Notes under the pieces: model-generated
Seen by the model: the letters and a program-made list of their open reading frames with translations, nothing else
Told to the model about the DNA's origin: nothing
Database searches by the model: none
Translations under genes and position numbers: made by a program
Shown here: piece after piece, positions 9,391 through 19,239 of the stretch
How positions within the stretch are numbered: the stretch's first letter is position 1
Layout of the letters: the number at the start of each line of letters is the position of its first letter
NCBI GenBank assembly: GCA_033764315.1
Contig: JANRJA010000243.1
Coordinates: forward strand, 1 to 44,333
Source: Oculatellaceae cyanobacterium bins.114
Lineage (GTDB): Bacteria; Cyanobacteriota; Cyanobacteriia; Elainellales; Elainellaceae
Length of the DNA: 44,333 bases
Reading direction: 5' to 3'

Positions 9391-10461
9391 ATGATGCAAA
9401 CTGCCACGATTCTGGTTGTAGATGATGAACCGAGCGGTTTTACGGTCGTCAAAAGTCTCCTGACTCCGCAGGGATATAACATTTCCTGTGTCTCTAGTGC
9501 ACAAGATGCTTTTACTCAATTAGAAACGGCTCTTCCAGATGTCATTTTGCTGGATGTGATGATGCCAGAGATGGATGGCATTGAAGCGTGTCGCCTGCTC
9601 AAAGCGCATCCTGACTGGCAACATATTCCCGTTATCATAGTCACTGCCCTCAATTCTAAAAGTGATCTAGTTCGTTGCATCGAAGCGGGAGCTGACGACT
9701 TTATTACCAAACCTGTCAACGGTTTAGAGCTACGGTCTAGAGTTCGGTCAATGCTCCGCATCAAACACCAATATGATGCACTTCAGTCAACTCTGTCGCT
9801 GCGAGAAGACCTCTCTCACATGATCGTGCATGATCTGCGTAATCCTCTCGCTAGCATTTTGTTAGCCGCTGAGATTTTAAAACGGTTTGAGTCTTCAGAT
9901 CGACAACAACAAAAAATTGAACAGATTGTGATTGCTGGACAACAAATGCAATCGTTGATTGACAGTTTGTTGTTAATGGCAAAGCTAGAGTCTGGCAAAA
10001 TGATTTTGCGACGAGAAGATACTGACCTCAATGCTATGTGTTCTGCGGCGATCGCCTTGATTGAACCGTTGGCTGCTCAAAAAAAGCTGGAACTCATTGC
10101 CGACCTGCCAGAACCCAATGGCAGAGTGAGTATCGATATCAATATTTTTCGTCGTGTACTCGATAATTTGTTGTCCAACAGCATTAAATTTGCTCCGTTT
10201 AATAGCCAAGTCATCTTAAAAGTCAGCTATCCAAGACTTCACCAAGCTCAGATTCAAGTGATTGATTTTGGCCCCGGCGTTCCAGAAGACTTGCGACAGA
10301 GCATTTTTGAAAAATACCAAGTTGGGAAGTTTGTGAAAGAGGTGCCTCAGATTGGCTTAGGGCTTGCCTTTTGCAAAATGGCGGTAGAGGCGCACGGAGG
10401 ACAAATTACCGTTGAAACTAATCAGCCCAAAGGTTCAATCTTCACAATTTCGCTTCCATAG
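9391..10461 (+). CDS. Hybrid response regulator/histidine kinase (REC-HisKA-HATPase)
   Basis: ILVVDD, LLDVMMP, VHDLRNPL, NLLSNSIKF, GLGLAFCK. Confidence 0.92.
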   Translation: MMQTATILVVDDEPSGFTVVKSLLTPQGYNISCVSSAQDAFTQLETALPDVILLDVMMPEMDGIEACRLLKAHPDWQHIPVIIVTALNSKSDLVRCIEAGADDFITKPVNGLELRSRVRSMLRIKHQYDALQSTLSLREDLSHMIVHDLRNPLASILLAAEILKRFESSDRQQQKIEQIVIAGQQMQSLIDSLLLMAKLESGKMILRREDTDLNAMCSAAIALIEPLAAQKKLELIADLPEPNGRVSIDINIFRRVLDNLLSNSIKFAPFNSQVILKVSYPRLHQAQIQVIDFGPGVPEDLRQSIFEKYQVGKFVKEVPQIGLGLAFCKMAVEAHGGQITVETNQPKGSIFTISLP

Positions 10462-10706
10462 ACCGTTGAAGCATGATTTTTTTCTAAAGACGCGGTTTTG
10501 AGTACAGTTAAAGAGTTTGATCACAAGACACAGATTGGTTGAAGGACTCCCTCTATGTAAGCTGCCAAAAATTTTGAGAACGAACTTCGCAACGTCGATG
10601 AACAACAATTGATGTAGATCTTAGGTTAAAGACTGCGATATTGACCCAAGTAAAGTAGATTTGCGATCGCCCATTTCCCCAACTCACCTGACTTTAGAGG
10701 TTCACC

Positions 10707-11321
10707 ATGCAACTGATTGGCATGTTAGATTCGCCCTATGTTCGTCGTGTCGCCATTACTTTAAAGCTTCTGGGCTTGTCCTTTGAGCATCGTGCTTTGT
10801 CAGTATTTCGCAACGTTGAGGAGTTTCAGCAGATTAACCCCTCGGTCAAAGCACCAACACTCGTCTGTGACAACGGTGATGTACTAATGGATTCGACCCT
10901 CATCCTCGACTATCTTGAGGCGATCGCCCCTGCTGACAAGAGGTTGATGCCTGCTGACATTAACCAACGCCTCACCGCATTAAGGCTGATAGGTCTGGCA
11001 TTGATTGCCTGTGAAAAAACAGTGCAAATTGTCTATGAGACAACCCTGCGTCCACCAGAAAAACAGCACCAACCCTGGATCGATCGCGTTCAAGGGCAAC
11101 TTCATGTTACCTATAACGCTCTTGAATCTGCCGTTGATGCGGCTCATCCCTGGCTGATCACCAATCAAATCATGCAGCCCGACATTACAGTAGCAGTGGC
11201 GTGGCGATTTACCCAATACGTCCTATCTCACATCGTTGATGCAGATCGTTATCCCACATTAACCCATTTCTCAAAACAGGTAGAAGCCTTGCCAGAGTTC
11301 ATTTCAACGCCATTAGAGTAA
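10707..11321 (+). CDS. Glutathione S-transferase family protein
   Basis: DSPYVRRV, KAPTL, DSTLILDYLE; AGAGG RBS. Confidence 0.9.
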   Translation: MQLIGMLDSPYVRRVAITLKLLGLSFEHRALSVFRNVEEFQQINPSVKAPTLVCDNGDVLMDSTLILDYLEAIAPADKRLMPADINQRLTALRLIGLALIACEKTVQIVYETTLRPPEKQHQPWIDRVQGQLHVTYNALESAVDAAHPWLITNQIMQPDITVAVAWRFTQYVLSHIVDADRYPTLTHFSKQVEALPEFISTPLE

Positions 11322-11492
11322 AGAGCAAAGTAGAGAAAATAATAGAATTTTGGCGGTTGAAACCGCAAGCTTCGACGTCAGCTTCAACGGTCGGTGATGC
11401 TCATCCCACTTTGATTTGAAAACGGTGCAAATGATGAAAATGCGACCCCTCCCAATCTCCCCTTGCCAAAATCTCTCAAAAAGGACATCACC

Positions 11493-12833
11493 ATGAGCCA
11501 ACTCCCGAATTGTGTGCCTGGACCTACCTGGTTGCAACTCCTTAGTTGGATTGCCGACCCACTCAAGTTTCAAGACCGCTGTCGTCAACGGTATGGTGAC
11601 ATTTTCACAATGCGGATCGGTCGAAATAAAGCCTATACCATTGTTGGCGAACCCCAGTTGATTCAAGAAATTTTTAGTCAAGACGCCAAATTTGATATAG
11701 GACGGGGAAATGCCCTGGCTGAGCCCTTGCTTGGGCAAAACTCGCTGATGATGATGGATGGCGATCGCCACAAGCGAGAACGCAAACTCTTGATGCCGCC
11801 GTTTCATGGTGAACGGTTGCAAACCTATGCCAATCAGATTTGTGCGATCGCAGATCAGATAATCAGTCGATGTCCGGTGGGTCAACCCTTTGTCGTGCGA
11901 ACGGTGATGCAGCAGATCAGCCTGGAACTGATTTTGCAAGTGGTGTTTGGCTTAAGTGAGGGTAGTCGCTATCAACAACTAAAACCGCTGTTAACGGAAT
12001 GGCTGGATATGACCGATTCGCCGTTGCGATCGAGCCTATTGTTTTTAAAGTTTTTGCAACAAGACTGGGGCACCTGGTCTCCCTGGGGTCAAATGAAGCA
12101 ACGACAACGTCAGGTTTATCAACTGCTACAAGCTGAAATTAGCGATCGCAGAGTGCAAAACAATGAAGGACGGGTTGATGTGCTCAGCCTGATGATGGCA
12201 GCCCGCGATGAACAGGGTAATGCGTTGACCGATGAAGAGTTGAAAGATGAACTCCTGACGCTTTTATTTGCCGGACACGAAACGGTTGCCACAACTCTTT
12301 CTTGGGCGTTTTATCAAACCCATTGCCAAGCGGCTGTGCAAGACAAACTCATACATGAGTTAGACAGCTTAGGCAATAACCCTTCCCCGATGGATGTGGT
12401 TCAACTGCCGTATCTTACGGCTGTCTGCCAGGAAACTCTGAGGATGTATCCGGTTCTGCCCGTCATCTTTCCCCGCATTGCCAAAACACCGGTCACATTA
12501 GCAGGGCAGTCATTTGATACCAACACAGTGTTAATGCCCAGCCCTTACCTGGTGCACTATCGTGACGATCTATATCCTGACTCTCACCTGTTCAAGACAG
12601 AGCTGTTTTTAGAGCGGCAATATTCTCCTTGGGAATTTTTACCCTTTGGAGGGGGCAGTCGTCGCTGCCTGGGTTATGCTCTGGCGCAGATCGAGATGAA
12701 ACTGGTGCTAGCAACTGTGTTGTCTCACTATCAACTCACATTGCTAGAGACAAAGCCAGTCAAGATGCAACGACGAGGGTTTACATTGGCACCAGCCGGG
12801 GGAGTTCGCATGGTAATAACCAGAAAACGATGA
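11493..12833 (+). CDS. Cytochrome P450 (CYP110-like)
   Basis: [19 protein letters not shown] heme motif; AAGGA RBS before ATG 11493. Confidence 0.92.
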   Translation: MSQLPNCVPGPTWLQLLSWIADPLKFQDRCRQRYGDIFTMRIGRNKAYTIVGEPQLIQEIFSQDAKFDIGRGNALAEPLLGQNSLMMMDGDRHKRERKLLMPPFHGERLQTYANQICAIADQIISRCPVGQPFVVRTVMQQISLELILQVVFGLSEGSRYQQLKPLLTEWLDMTDSPLRSSLLFLKFLQQDWGTWSPWGQMKQRQRQVYQLLQAEISDRRVQNNEGRVDVLSLMMAARDEQGNALTDEELKDELLTLLFAGHETVATTLSWAFYQTHCQAAVQDKLIHELDSLGNNPSPMDVVQLPYLTAVCQETLRMYPVLPVIFPRIAKTPVTLAGQSFDTNTVLMPSPYLVHYRDDLYPDSHLFKTELFLERQYSPWEFLPFGGGSRRCLGYALAQIEMKLVLATVLSHYQLTLLETKPVKMQRRGFTLAPAGGVRMVITRKR

Positions 12834-13064
12834 CATCTAGAACTACTCTGATTGCTCGGTCTGGGGAGTTGGGCCTAGATTCCACCTCCGTCGAGGCCCA
12901 GTATCCAGATGAAGTCGGTTGAGAGTTGGGTAGATGCCCATCCATTTTGAGTGGGTTAATAAATACCTTTCAACATCTCTCCTGTGGTTGTTTTCTTGAG
13001 GGAACTTGTGGAGTAATATCAAGTCCGGTAATTTGTCTCAAACAAAGAATTCACTCAAAAATTA

Positions 13065-15158
13065 ATGCATTTAGAACCCATCGTTTCATTTGCTATCCTG
13101 TTAGCCGTTATTTTGATTGTGCCCCTGTGCTTTGAGCGGCTAAAATTGCCAGGATTGCTGGGGTTGCTGGTAGCGGGTGTTGTGCTTGGCCCCAATGGCT
13201 TGCGCCTACTTGATACCGACTCCGAAACGATGAAACTGCTATCTGACATCGGGTTAGTTTATCTGATGTTTGTTGCAGGACTTGAGGTTGATCTAGAGGA
13301 ATTTCAAGCGAATAGAAATCGATCGATCGGCTTTGGTAGCTTTACATTTGCAGTGCCTTTGATCTTTGGCACAATCGTTGGACGATTGTTTGGCTTTGGT
13401 TGGAATGCCTCCATTTTGATTGGTTCACTATTTGCCTCTCATACTCTATTGGCATATCCCATCATTAGTCGCTTAGGGGTTGTCAACAACGAAGCGGTCA
13501 TGGTGACGATTGGGGCAACTATTTTTACAGATATTGGGGCATTGATGGTGCTGGCAGTGTGCATTAGCATTCACCAGGGCAGTTTCACAGTATTGAGTCT
13601 TGTAACACTTGTAGGATCGTTAGCTCTTTATTCGGCGTTGATTTTGATTGGGTTCAAACGCATCGGAAAAGAATTCTTCCGGCGATCGGGCGATGAAGAA
13701 GGCAAGCAATTTTTGTTTGTGTTGCTGGTGGTCTTTGTTTCTGCTTTAGGGGCTGAAGTCATCGGCGTTGAAAAAATTGTTGGGGCGTTTTTAGCGGGGC
13801 TATCGGTTAACAGTGTCTTGGGTGAAAGCCCAGTTAAGGAGAAAGTTATTTTTGTAGGGAATGTGCTGTTTATTCCCATCTTTTTTGTCGATCTGGGGTT
13901 ACTGGTCAATATTCCAGGGTTCATTAGCAGCTTAGGTTCGATCTGGCTGACGGTGGCGATCGTGGTTGGGTTAATTAGCAGCAAGTTTGGGGCGGCTCTG
14001 CTAGCCAAGTTGGTTTATCGCTATAACTGGCAAGAAATGCTGACCATGTGGTCTTTGTCACTCCCCCAGGTGGCGGCGACTCTGGCAGCTACTTTGGTGG
14101 GTTATCGTGCCGGATTGCTCACTGAAAATGTCTTGAATGGTGTGATCGTGTTGATGTTGGTAACAGCCACTTTAGGCCCCCTGATCACAGCTCGCAGTGC
14201 GGCCAACTTAGTTCCCTCGGTGTCAGGTGCTGTTGAACCGGAGTCTACTCTGTCCCTTCAGTGGAATGAAGAGTTGGATGCTCAGCCACTCACAATTGTG
14301 GTGCCCGTTTATAACCCCAAGACTGAGCAGTTTTTGATCGAAATGGCAGCTTTGCTGGCGCGACATGAGTCGGGTAAGCTGGTGCCTTTGGCTGTCACCA
14401 CTGCCCAAGCCTCAATGGATGCTCCTGACTTAAAAAATGCGTTGCAACGCAGTGACCTGTTATTGTCTCGTGCAACGGAGTTGAGTCAAGAGTTTGGAGT
14501 AACCGCAGACCCTGTTTCGCGGATTGACGATAGTATCGCTCAAGGCATCAGCCGCGCCAGTCGAGAACAAAACGCTGACTTGATTGTGATGGGATGGGGT
14601 AAAACCAGTGGGTTTCGGGCGCGACTCTTTGGGACGGTGATCAATAGCGTGTTGTGGTCGTCGCATTGTCCGGTTGCGGTGACTCGGTTATTGGATTCTC
14701 CTGGCAGCATTCATCGGATTTTGGTGCCCATTGATACTCTGACGCAACGGGCTGTGCGCTTAGTTCGCTTTGCTGAGATTCTTGCAGCCTCTAACTTGGC
14801 AGAGGTGACGCTGTTGCATGTGTGCGATCGCCACACGACTCCCAGTCGCATTGCCTGGACTGAAAACCAACTCAACTTATTAGCGACTAAATATTCTCCT
14901 CAAGCGAGAACCAACGTCTTAGTTATTCCATCAGACAATATTGCTGCTACTATCCTCAAGACATCTAAGTCCTTTGATTTAGTGGTGTTGCGATCGATTC
15001 GACAACGCTTACGAATCGGAGAACTGGCGATTAGCGATCTCACCACCGAAGTGGTGCAACACCTGACTTGCTCGGTTGTATTGCTCGGTGAACCACAACG
15101 GCAAACTGCCCCAACGCTGGTTGATGTTCGTGGTCAAGTGCTTCCAGCAAGCACCTAA
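13065..15158 (+). CDS. Cation:proton antiporter (CPA2) with C-terminal USP-like domains
   Basis: Many TM segments, GVVLGPNGL, TIFTDI, GAFLAG; ADLIVMG USP motif. Confidence 0.9.
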   Translation: MHLEPIVSFAILLAVILIVPLCFERLKLPGLLGLLVAGVVLGPNGLRLLDTDSETMKLLSDIGLVYLMFVAGLEVDLEEFQANRNRSIGFGSFTFAVPLIFGTIVGRLFGFGWNASILIGSLFASHTLLAYPIISRLGVVNNEAVMVTIGATIFTDIGALMVLAVCISIHQGSFTVLSLVTLVGSLALYSALILIGFKRIGKEFFRRSGDEEGKQFLFVLLVVFVSALGAEVIGVEKIVGAFLAGLSVNSVLGESPVKEKVIFVGNVLFIPIFFVDLGLLVNIPGFISSLGSIWLTVAIVVGLISSKFGAALLAKLVYRYNWQEMLTMWSLSLPQVAATLAATLVGYRAGLLTENVLNGVIVLMLVTATLGPLITARSAANLVPSVSGAVEPESTLSLQWNEELDAQPLTIVVPVYNPKTEQFLIEMAALLARHESGKLVPLAVTTAQASMDAPDLKNALQRSDLLLSRATELSQEFGVTADPVSRIDDSIAQGISRASREQNADLIVMGWGKTSGFRARLFGTVINSVLWSSHCPVAVTRLLDSPGSIHRILVPIDTLTQRAVRLVRFAEILAASNLAEVTLLHVCDRHTTPSRIAWTENQLNLLATKYSPQARTNVLVIPSDNIAATILKTSKSFDLVVLRSIRQRLRIGELAISDLTTEVVQHLTCSVVLLGEPQRQTAPTLVDVRGQVLPAST

Positions 15159-15238
15159 AAGACTATTTCAGATCCTGTATCGTCGAGTACGCTATTTATT
15201 TACCCAGTGCAGACCCTCCAGTGCAGACCCTAACTTTT

Positions 15239-15391
15239 TTATCGGGGTCGGCGTTTTGGGAAATCAATCGCTAGGCACTTTTCTAAGTACCTGATTTTTT
15301 CTTCAATGGTTAACTCTTCAGGAGGCTGTCGCTTTACAAACAAAGGTTGGTTGAGGAATGCCCAAATTCGTTGCCAAGTTTTAAATCTCAT
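15239..15391 (-). CDS. Small 50-aa hypothetical protein
   Basis: Manual translation MRFKTWQRIWAFLNQPLFVKRQPPEELTIEEKIRYLEKCLAIDFPKRRPR*; FLNQPLF..LEKC resembles a motif I recall from small cyanobacterial proteins; below the ORF-track length cutoff. Confidence 0.55.
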   Translation of the reverse strand: MRFKTWQRIWAFLNQPLFVKRQPPEELTIEEKIRYLEKCLAIDFPKRRPR

Positions 15392-16051
15392 AGGTCAGCA
15401 AGGAGTGAATCGTATCTGCAATCAAGACAGTTAATCTAAAAACCTGACAAATCAAACGGATCGAACCCTTAAAAATTTCAAATTTGATCTCAGCTACACC
15501 ATCAGCAAAATCCTGAGAACCACTCAACCTCTTTATTGTAAATATCTAGACAAAAGGACACTTCACCTAACGGAGTGCCCTAATTGGGTGATGATGCTAG
15601 TTTTGATTTTGTTAACTTAGTTTGTTAAGTTAATTTAATATGATCAAGAAAAGTAAAGGTTGAACACGTGCGGAATATTTCTAAACAAAGAAATCTTAAA
15701 AAACTAGAAAACGGAGTTTAGAAGATTACTCTACTGATCTAATTAATAGAACAATTTTGTTGAATCGTCGCCCTTAGTAAGGATCTTTTAAGGATAGAGA
15801 AGTCTCCGACTAATCTTGCATGTCTTGATCACGCGGCCACATCTTCTCTAGCCTCCAAAACAGCCTAAAGTTTCATTTCATGCAGCACGAAATTCTCATA
15901 TCGCTGATCAGGTGTTCAGAGTTTAGGCGAGTTAGAGCGATCGCTTATCAAAGCTTTACCTGAGTTATCTATAAAACTCATAGACTTTGCAGCGATTTAA
16001 AGCAGACCTGCTAAGGTTGAGTCATTGTTCTAACTCTATGCATGCTAAACG

Positions 16052-16390
16052 ATGAACCCTGAGAAAGCCTCCCCAAAAATTAAGGTAGTGAAACCAAGCG
16101 GCATCTTAGATAGTACTCAAACCAAAAAACTTCGCAGTGAAATTGACACCATTCTGCAAGCAGGCATCCATATAATTTTGATGGATCTAGAAAACGTCAC
16201 TTTTATGGATAGTTCTGGGTTAGGTGCTTTAGTGGTTAACTTGAAGGCTGTTCGGACGGCTGGGGGAAAGCTTTACATTTGTTCTATGAATGGCCAAATT
16301 CAAATATTATTTGAATTAACCGGAATGGATAAAGTCTTTAAAATCTTTGCTAATCAATCTGAGTTTTATCAAAAAGCAGATATTTTCTAA
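16052..16390 (+). CDS. STAS-domain anti-sigma factor antagonist
   Basis: VTFMDSSGLGALV, LFELTGMDKVF. Confidence 0.92.
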   Translation: MNPEKASPKIKVVKPSGILDSTQTKKLRSEIDTILQAGIHIILMDLENVTFMDSSGLGALVVNLKAVRTAGGKLYICSMNGQIQILFELTGMDKVFKIFANQSEFYQKADIF

Positions 16391-16423
16391 TTCACGAGGC
16401 TTAGAGCAACAAATCAGCACATC

Positions 16424-16516
16424 TATAGCAATCCCAAATGGATTTTAAGAAGCGCACCTCAATGGGATGCGCTTCTTACAACTCCCTAATCTCACAAATA
16501 ATTTAGGACTGCTACA
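16424..16516 (+). mobile_element. MITE family A copy, followed by a partial tandem left end (16513-16541)
   Basis: TATAGCAATCCCAAATGG...hairpin...CTCACAAATAATTTAGGACTGCTACA; matches 40735-40828. Confidence 0.8.
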
Positions 16517-16728
16517 GCAATTCTAAATGGGTTTTGAAAGGCGATTTTTGTCTTTTTTGGAACTTTTACTAATGGCCTTCGTCTGATCAAGATATTAGGC
16601 TCAAATCATCTCATCATTGCAGCCAAAATTTCCTACTTGTCTTCTAGTTCAATCTATTTTGATGTTGGACGATTACTGTTAAATGGGTGCGGAAACACAG
16701 GTAGTTGTATTTTACATCGGTAGACTCA

Positions 16729-17568
16729 ATGGTGAAGTCAATCCAGTCATTAACAGGTCGTGAATTCCATCGCTTGGGGCGTTTTTTGGCAGTCCGCAAA
16801 GCCTACAGTTTCATTCAACATCAACGGCAACGGGGCAATGAAACTCGCTGGAAAGACAACCTCAAGATTCAGGAATCATCCCTATTTCAGGCGATCGCCG
16901 TTAATCAATGTGTGAATGAAATTCGTCAAGAAGCTGTTTGTTTTGGACTGCAATTACCAGAAGAATTAATTGTAGACATCGATCACTATGCCAGAACCAC
17001 TCCTTGCAAAGAACCTGGCTTTCAAGACCTGTTTTTGATTGATGAAGTGCAAGAGGGGCGGTTACGTGGGGGACGACCTGTATTGCGTGGATTGGTAAAC
17101 AATACACAAGACTGTAAGGCGATCGCTCTATTAGAACAAGACCCCACATTAATCGAGATTGTGCGATCGTATTTGGGCTATTACCCGACTCAAATTACTC
17201 GTCATTTAACCTGGAGTATAGTTTCCCATCTTCCAGATCGGGGAAAACCGTTTTATCCACCCACAACCTTTCATTACGATATTGCCGGGTTTAATTTTAT
17301 GACGACCTATTTCTACATTACCGATGTAGATGCAGAGTCAGGCGCACATGTCATGATTCGTGGATCTCATGTGCAAAAACCCTGGTGGATGGTGTTATCT
17401 TCGGGGCGACAATCTGATCAAGCTGTCTATAGGTATTATGGCAAAGCCAAAGAGTTGGTCATTGAGGGCAAAAGAGGATTTGGGTTCATACAAGACCCCT
17501 CTTGCATTCACAGAGTTTTGCCTCCCATTAAAGCCAATCGATTATTGTTACAACTCCGCTATGCTTAA
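16729..17568 (+). CDS. PhyH-like Fe(II)/2-oxoglutarate dioxygenase-fold protein
   Basis: FHYD (HxD), YITDVD..SGAH..RGSH, distal HR, RLLLQ; start ATG 16729 or TTG 16705. Confidence 0.7.
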   Translation: MVKSIQSLTGREFHRLGRFLAVRKAYSFIQHQRQRGNETRWKDNLKIQESSLFQAIAVNQCVNEIRQEAVCFGLQLPEELIVDIDHYARTTPCKEPGFQDLFLIDEVQEGRLRGGRPVLRGLVNNTQDCKAIALLEQDPTLIEIVRSYLGYYPTQITRHLTWSIVSHLPDRGKPFYPPTTFHYDIAGFNFMTTYFYITDVDAESGAHVMIRGSHVQKPWWMVLSSGRQSDQAVYRYYGKAKELVIEGKRGFGFIQDPSCIHRVLPPIKANRLLLQLRYA

Positions 17569-17643
17569 ATAAAAAAATCCCCAATCTCATCGAAGAAATC
17601 GGGGAACTCAACCGTTTAGAACAACCGTTTAGAACGGCTGTGG

Positions 17644-18045
17644 TTATTTGGATTCAGGATGCATTAGAGCATTCCAAGCCGCTTTAGCCGCATCTGATAA
17701 GCGAGTCCCAAATGACTCTGCCTCAGTGACAACCGACTGCCAATTTTTTTCGGCTTCTTTTTGAATCAATTCGATTGATTTCTCAATCCGTTCAGGGTCA
17801 ATCAGTTTATTTTCTTCGATCGCCTCACGAGCTTGCCGCACTGCCTTGAGATAAGCCTCGCGAGTGAAGTCGTTTGCCGATTGCACTTCGACTTGTGCCC
17901 GTTTTTTAACAGCTTCAATTAGAGCTTTGGTTTCACGACGAATATCGTCTGATTCACCTGCCATCTCAGAGTCAACCATAGCGTTGGTTTCAGGGCTAAC
18001 AGGGACGATCGCTGAGGTTTCGGAAGTATCAGTTTCAGAAGACAT
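17644..18045 (-). CDS. Hypothetical helical protein
   Basis: 133-aa ORF with AAGGAG RBS, charged and helical composition. Confidence 0.75.
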   Translation of the reverse strand: MSSETDTSETSAIVPVSPETNAMVDSEMAGESDDIRRETKALIEAVKKRAQVEVQSANDFTREAYLKAVRQAREAIEENKLIDPERIEKSIELIQKEAEKNWQSVVTEAESFGTRLSDAAKAAWNALMHPESK

Positions 18046-18125
18046 AGGTTCTCCTTGGAGTTAGGAATCAGTGGATAACAAACGACGAACAACAGCAGCC
18101 AGAAGACAATCCTCTACTATCGAGC

Positions 18126-18998
18126 CTAGCGCACGCTCAACGGAGCAACCCATTGCTGTTCTAATTTCAACAGATTTTGAATTCTCGCTTCGGTTGATGG
18201 ATGAGTTGAGAACAGGCTGCTAAAGAGTTGTCGAGGCATAGCATTGACAATCAAGAGTGGCTCAAAAGCAGGGTTAGCCGCGATTGGCATTTGCCGTGCG
18301 CTGCTCTCTAACCGTTGCAAGGCTCTTGCCAAGGCACGAGGATTGCCTGTCAGTTGAGCAGACCCTGCATCGGCTTCAAACTCGCGAGTCCGAGAGATGC
18401 CCAGTTGAATCACAGAAGCAGCCACTGGAGCTAACAACAGGGTGAGTAATAAACCAAAGGGATTGCTACCTTCGCGATCGCCTCGAGAGCCACCACCAAA
18501 CCACAGACTATAGCTAACCATTTGTGCCAAAAACGAGATGGCTCCAGCGATCGTAGCGGCAACGGCTTGAGTCAGGGTGTCACGGTTTTTGATGTGGCTC
18601 AGTTCATGGGCGATGACGGCTTCTAGCTCATCTTCGGGTAGCAGGTTGACGATCCCTTGAGTGACGGCAACAGCAGCGTGCTCTGGGTCGCGTCCCGTAG
18701 CAAAGGCATTGGCTCCCGCCGCGGGAATGACATAGAGTTTGGGCATCGGCAGATTGGCGCGATCGCTTAACCGTTGCACGATGCGGTATAACCCAGGTGC
18801 TTGAGTGGGGCCAATCGGTTGGGCTTGATAGGCAGCCAGAGCAATTTTGTCAGAGGAATACCAAGATACTAAGTTCATCAAAGCGGCTAGACCAATCCCT
18901 AGCACCGCTCCGGTAGTTCCCCCAATCAACCCATAGCTGACCGTGATTAACAGCGCACTCAATAAACCCAGCAAAGCAACGGTTTTAATTTGATTCAT
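18126..18998 (-). CDS. htpX: Zinc metalloprotease HtpX (M48)
   Basis: NAFATGRDP, HELSH, SRTREFEAD, FSTHP; ATG 18998 (alternative GTG 19007). Confidence 0.93.
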   Translation of the reverse strand: MNQIKTVALLGLLSALLITVSYGLIGGTTGAVLGIGLAALMNLVSWYSSDKIALAAYQAQPIGPTQAPGLYRIVQRLSDRANLPMPKLYVIPAAGANAFATGRDPEHAAVAVTQGIVNLLPEDELEAVIAHELSHIKNRDTLTQAVAATIAGAISFLAQMVSYSLWFGGGSRGDREGSNPFGLLLTLLLAPVAASVIQLGISRTREFEADAGSAQLTGNPRALARALQRLESSARQMPIAANPAFEPLLIVNAMPRQLFSSLFSTHPSTEARIQNLLKLEQQWVAPLSVR

Positions 18999-19095
18999 AC
19001 CTTGCACTCCTTACAACAACGCCACGAGAGGTGCTTGAGGTTTATTAGCGTTGTCTTTCATATTTCTTTCATTATTAATGATTTTCCTCTGAAGC

Positions 19096-19136
19096 GTAGG
19101 GTATAACCCTTCCTTGCGGGGTACGGATTTGCCCAC
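19096..19136. promoter_or_regulatory. K-box/Rre1-like palindromes upstream of htpX
   Basis: GTAGGGTATAACCCTTC and GTACGGATTTGCCCAC resemble GTTCGG-NNAN-CCNNAC; minus-strand TAATAAT at about 19071-19077. Confidence 0.4.
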
Positions 19137-19239
19137 CTGGGTGAGATCACTTCGTAGCGGCTGATGCTATTTGATCTAGCGATCGCTGATATTGAGTGAC
19201 TGATACACTAACGAAATTGGTACTGCCTTTTGGTCGCCC

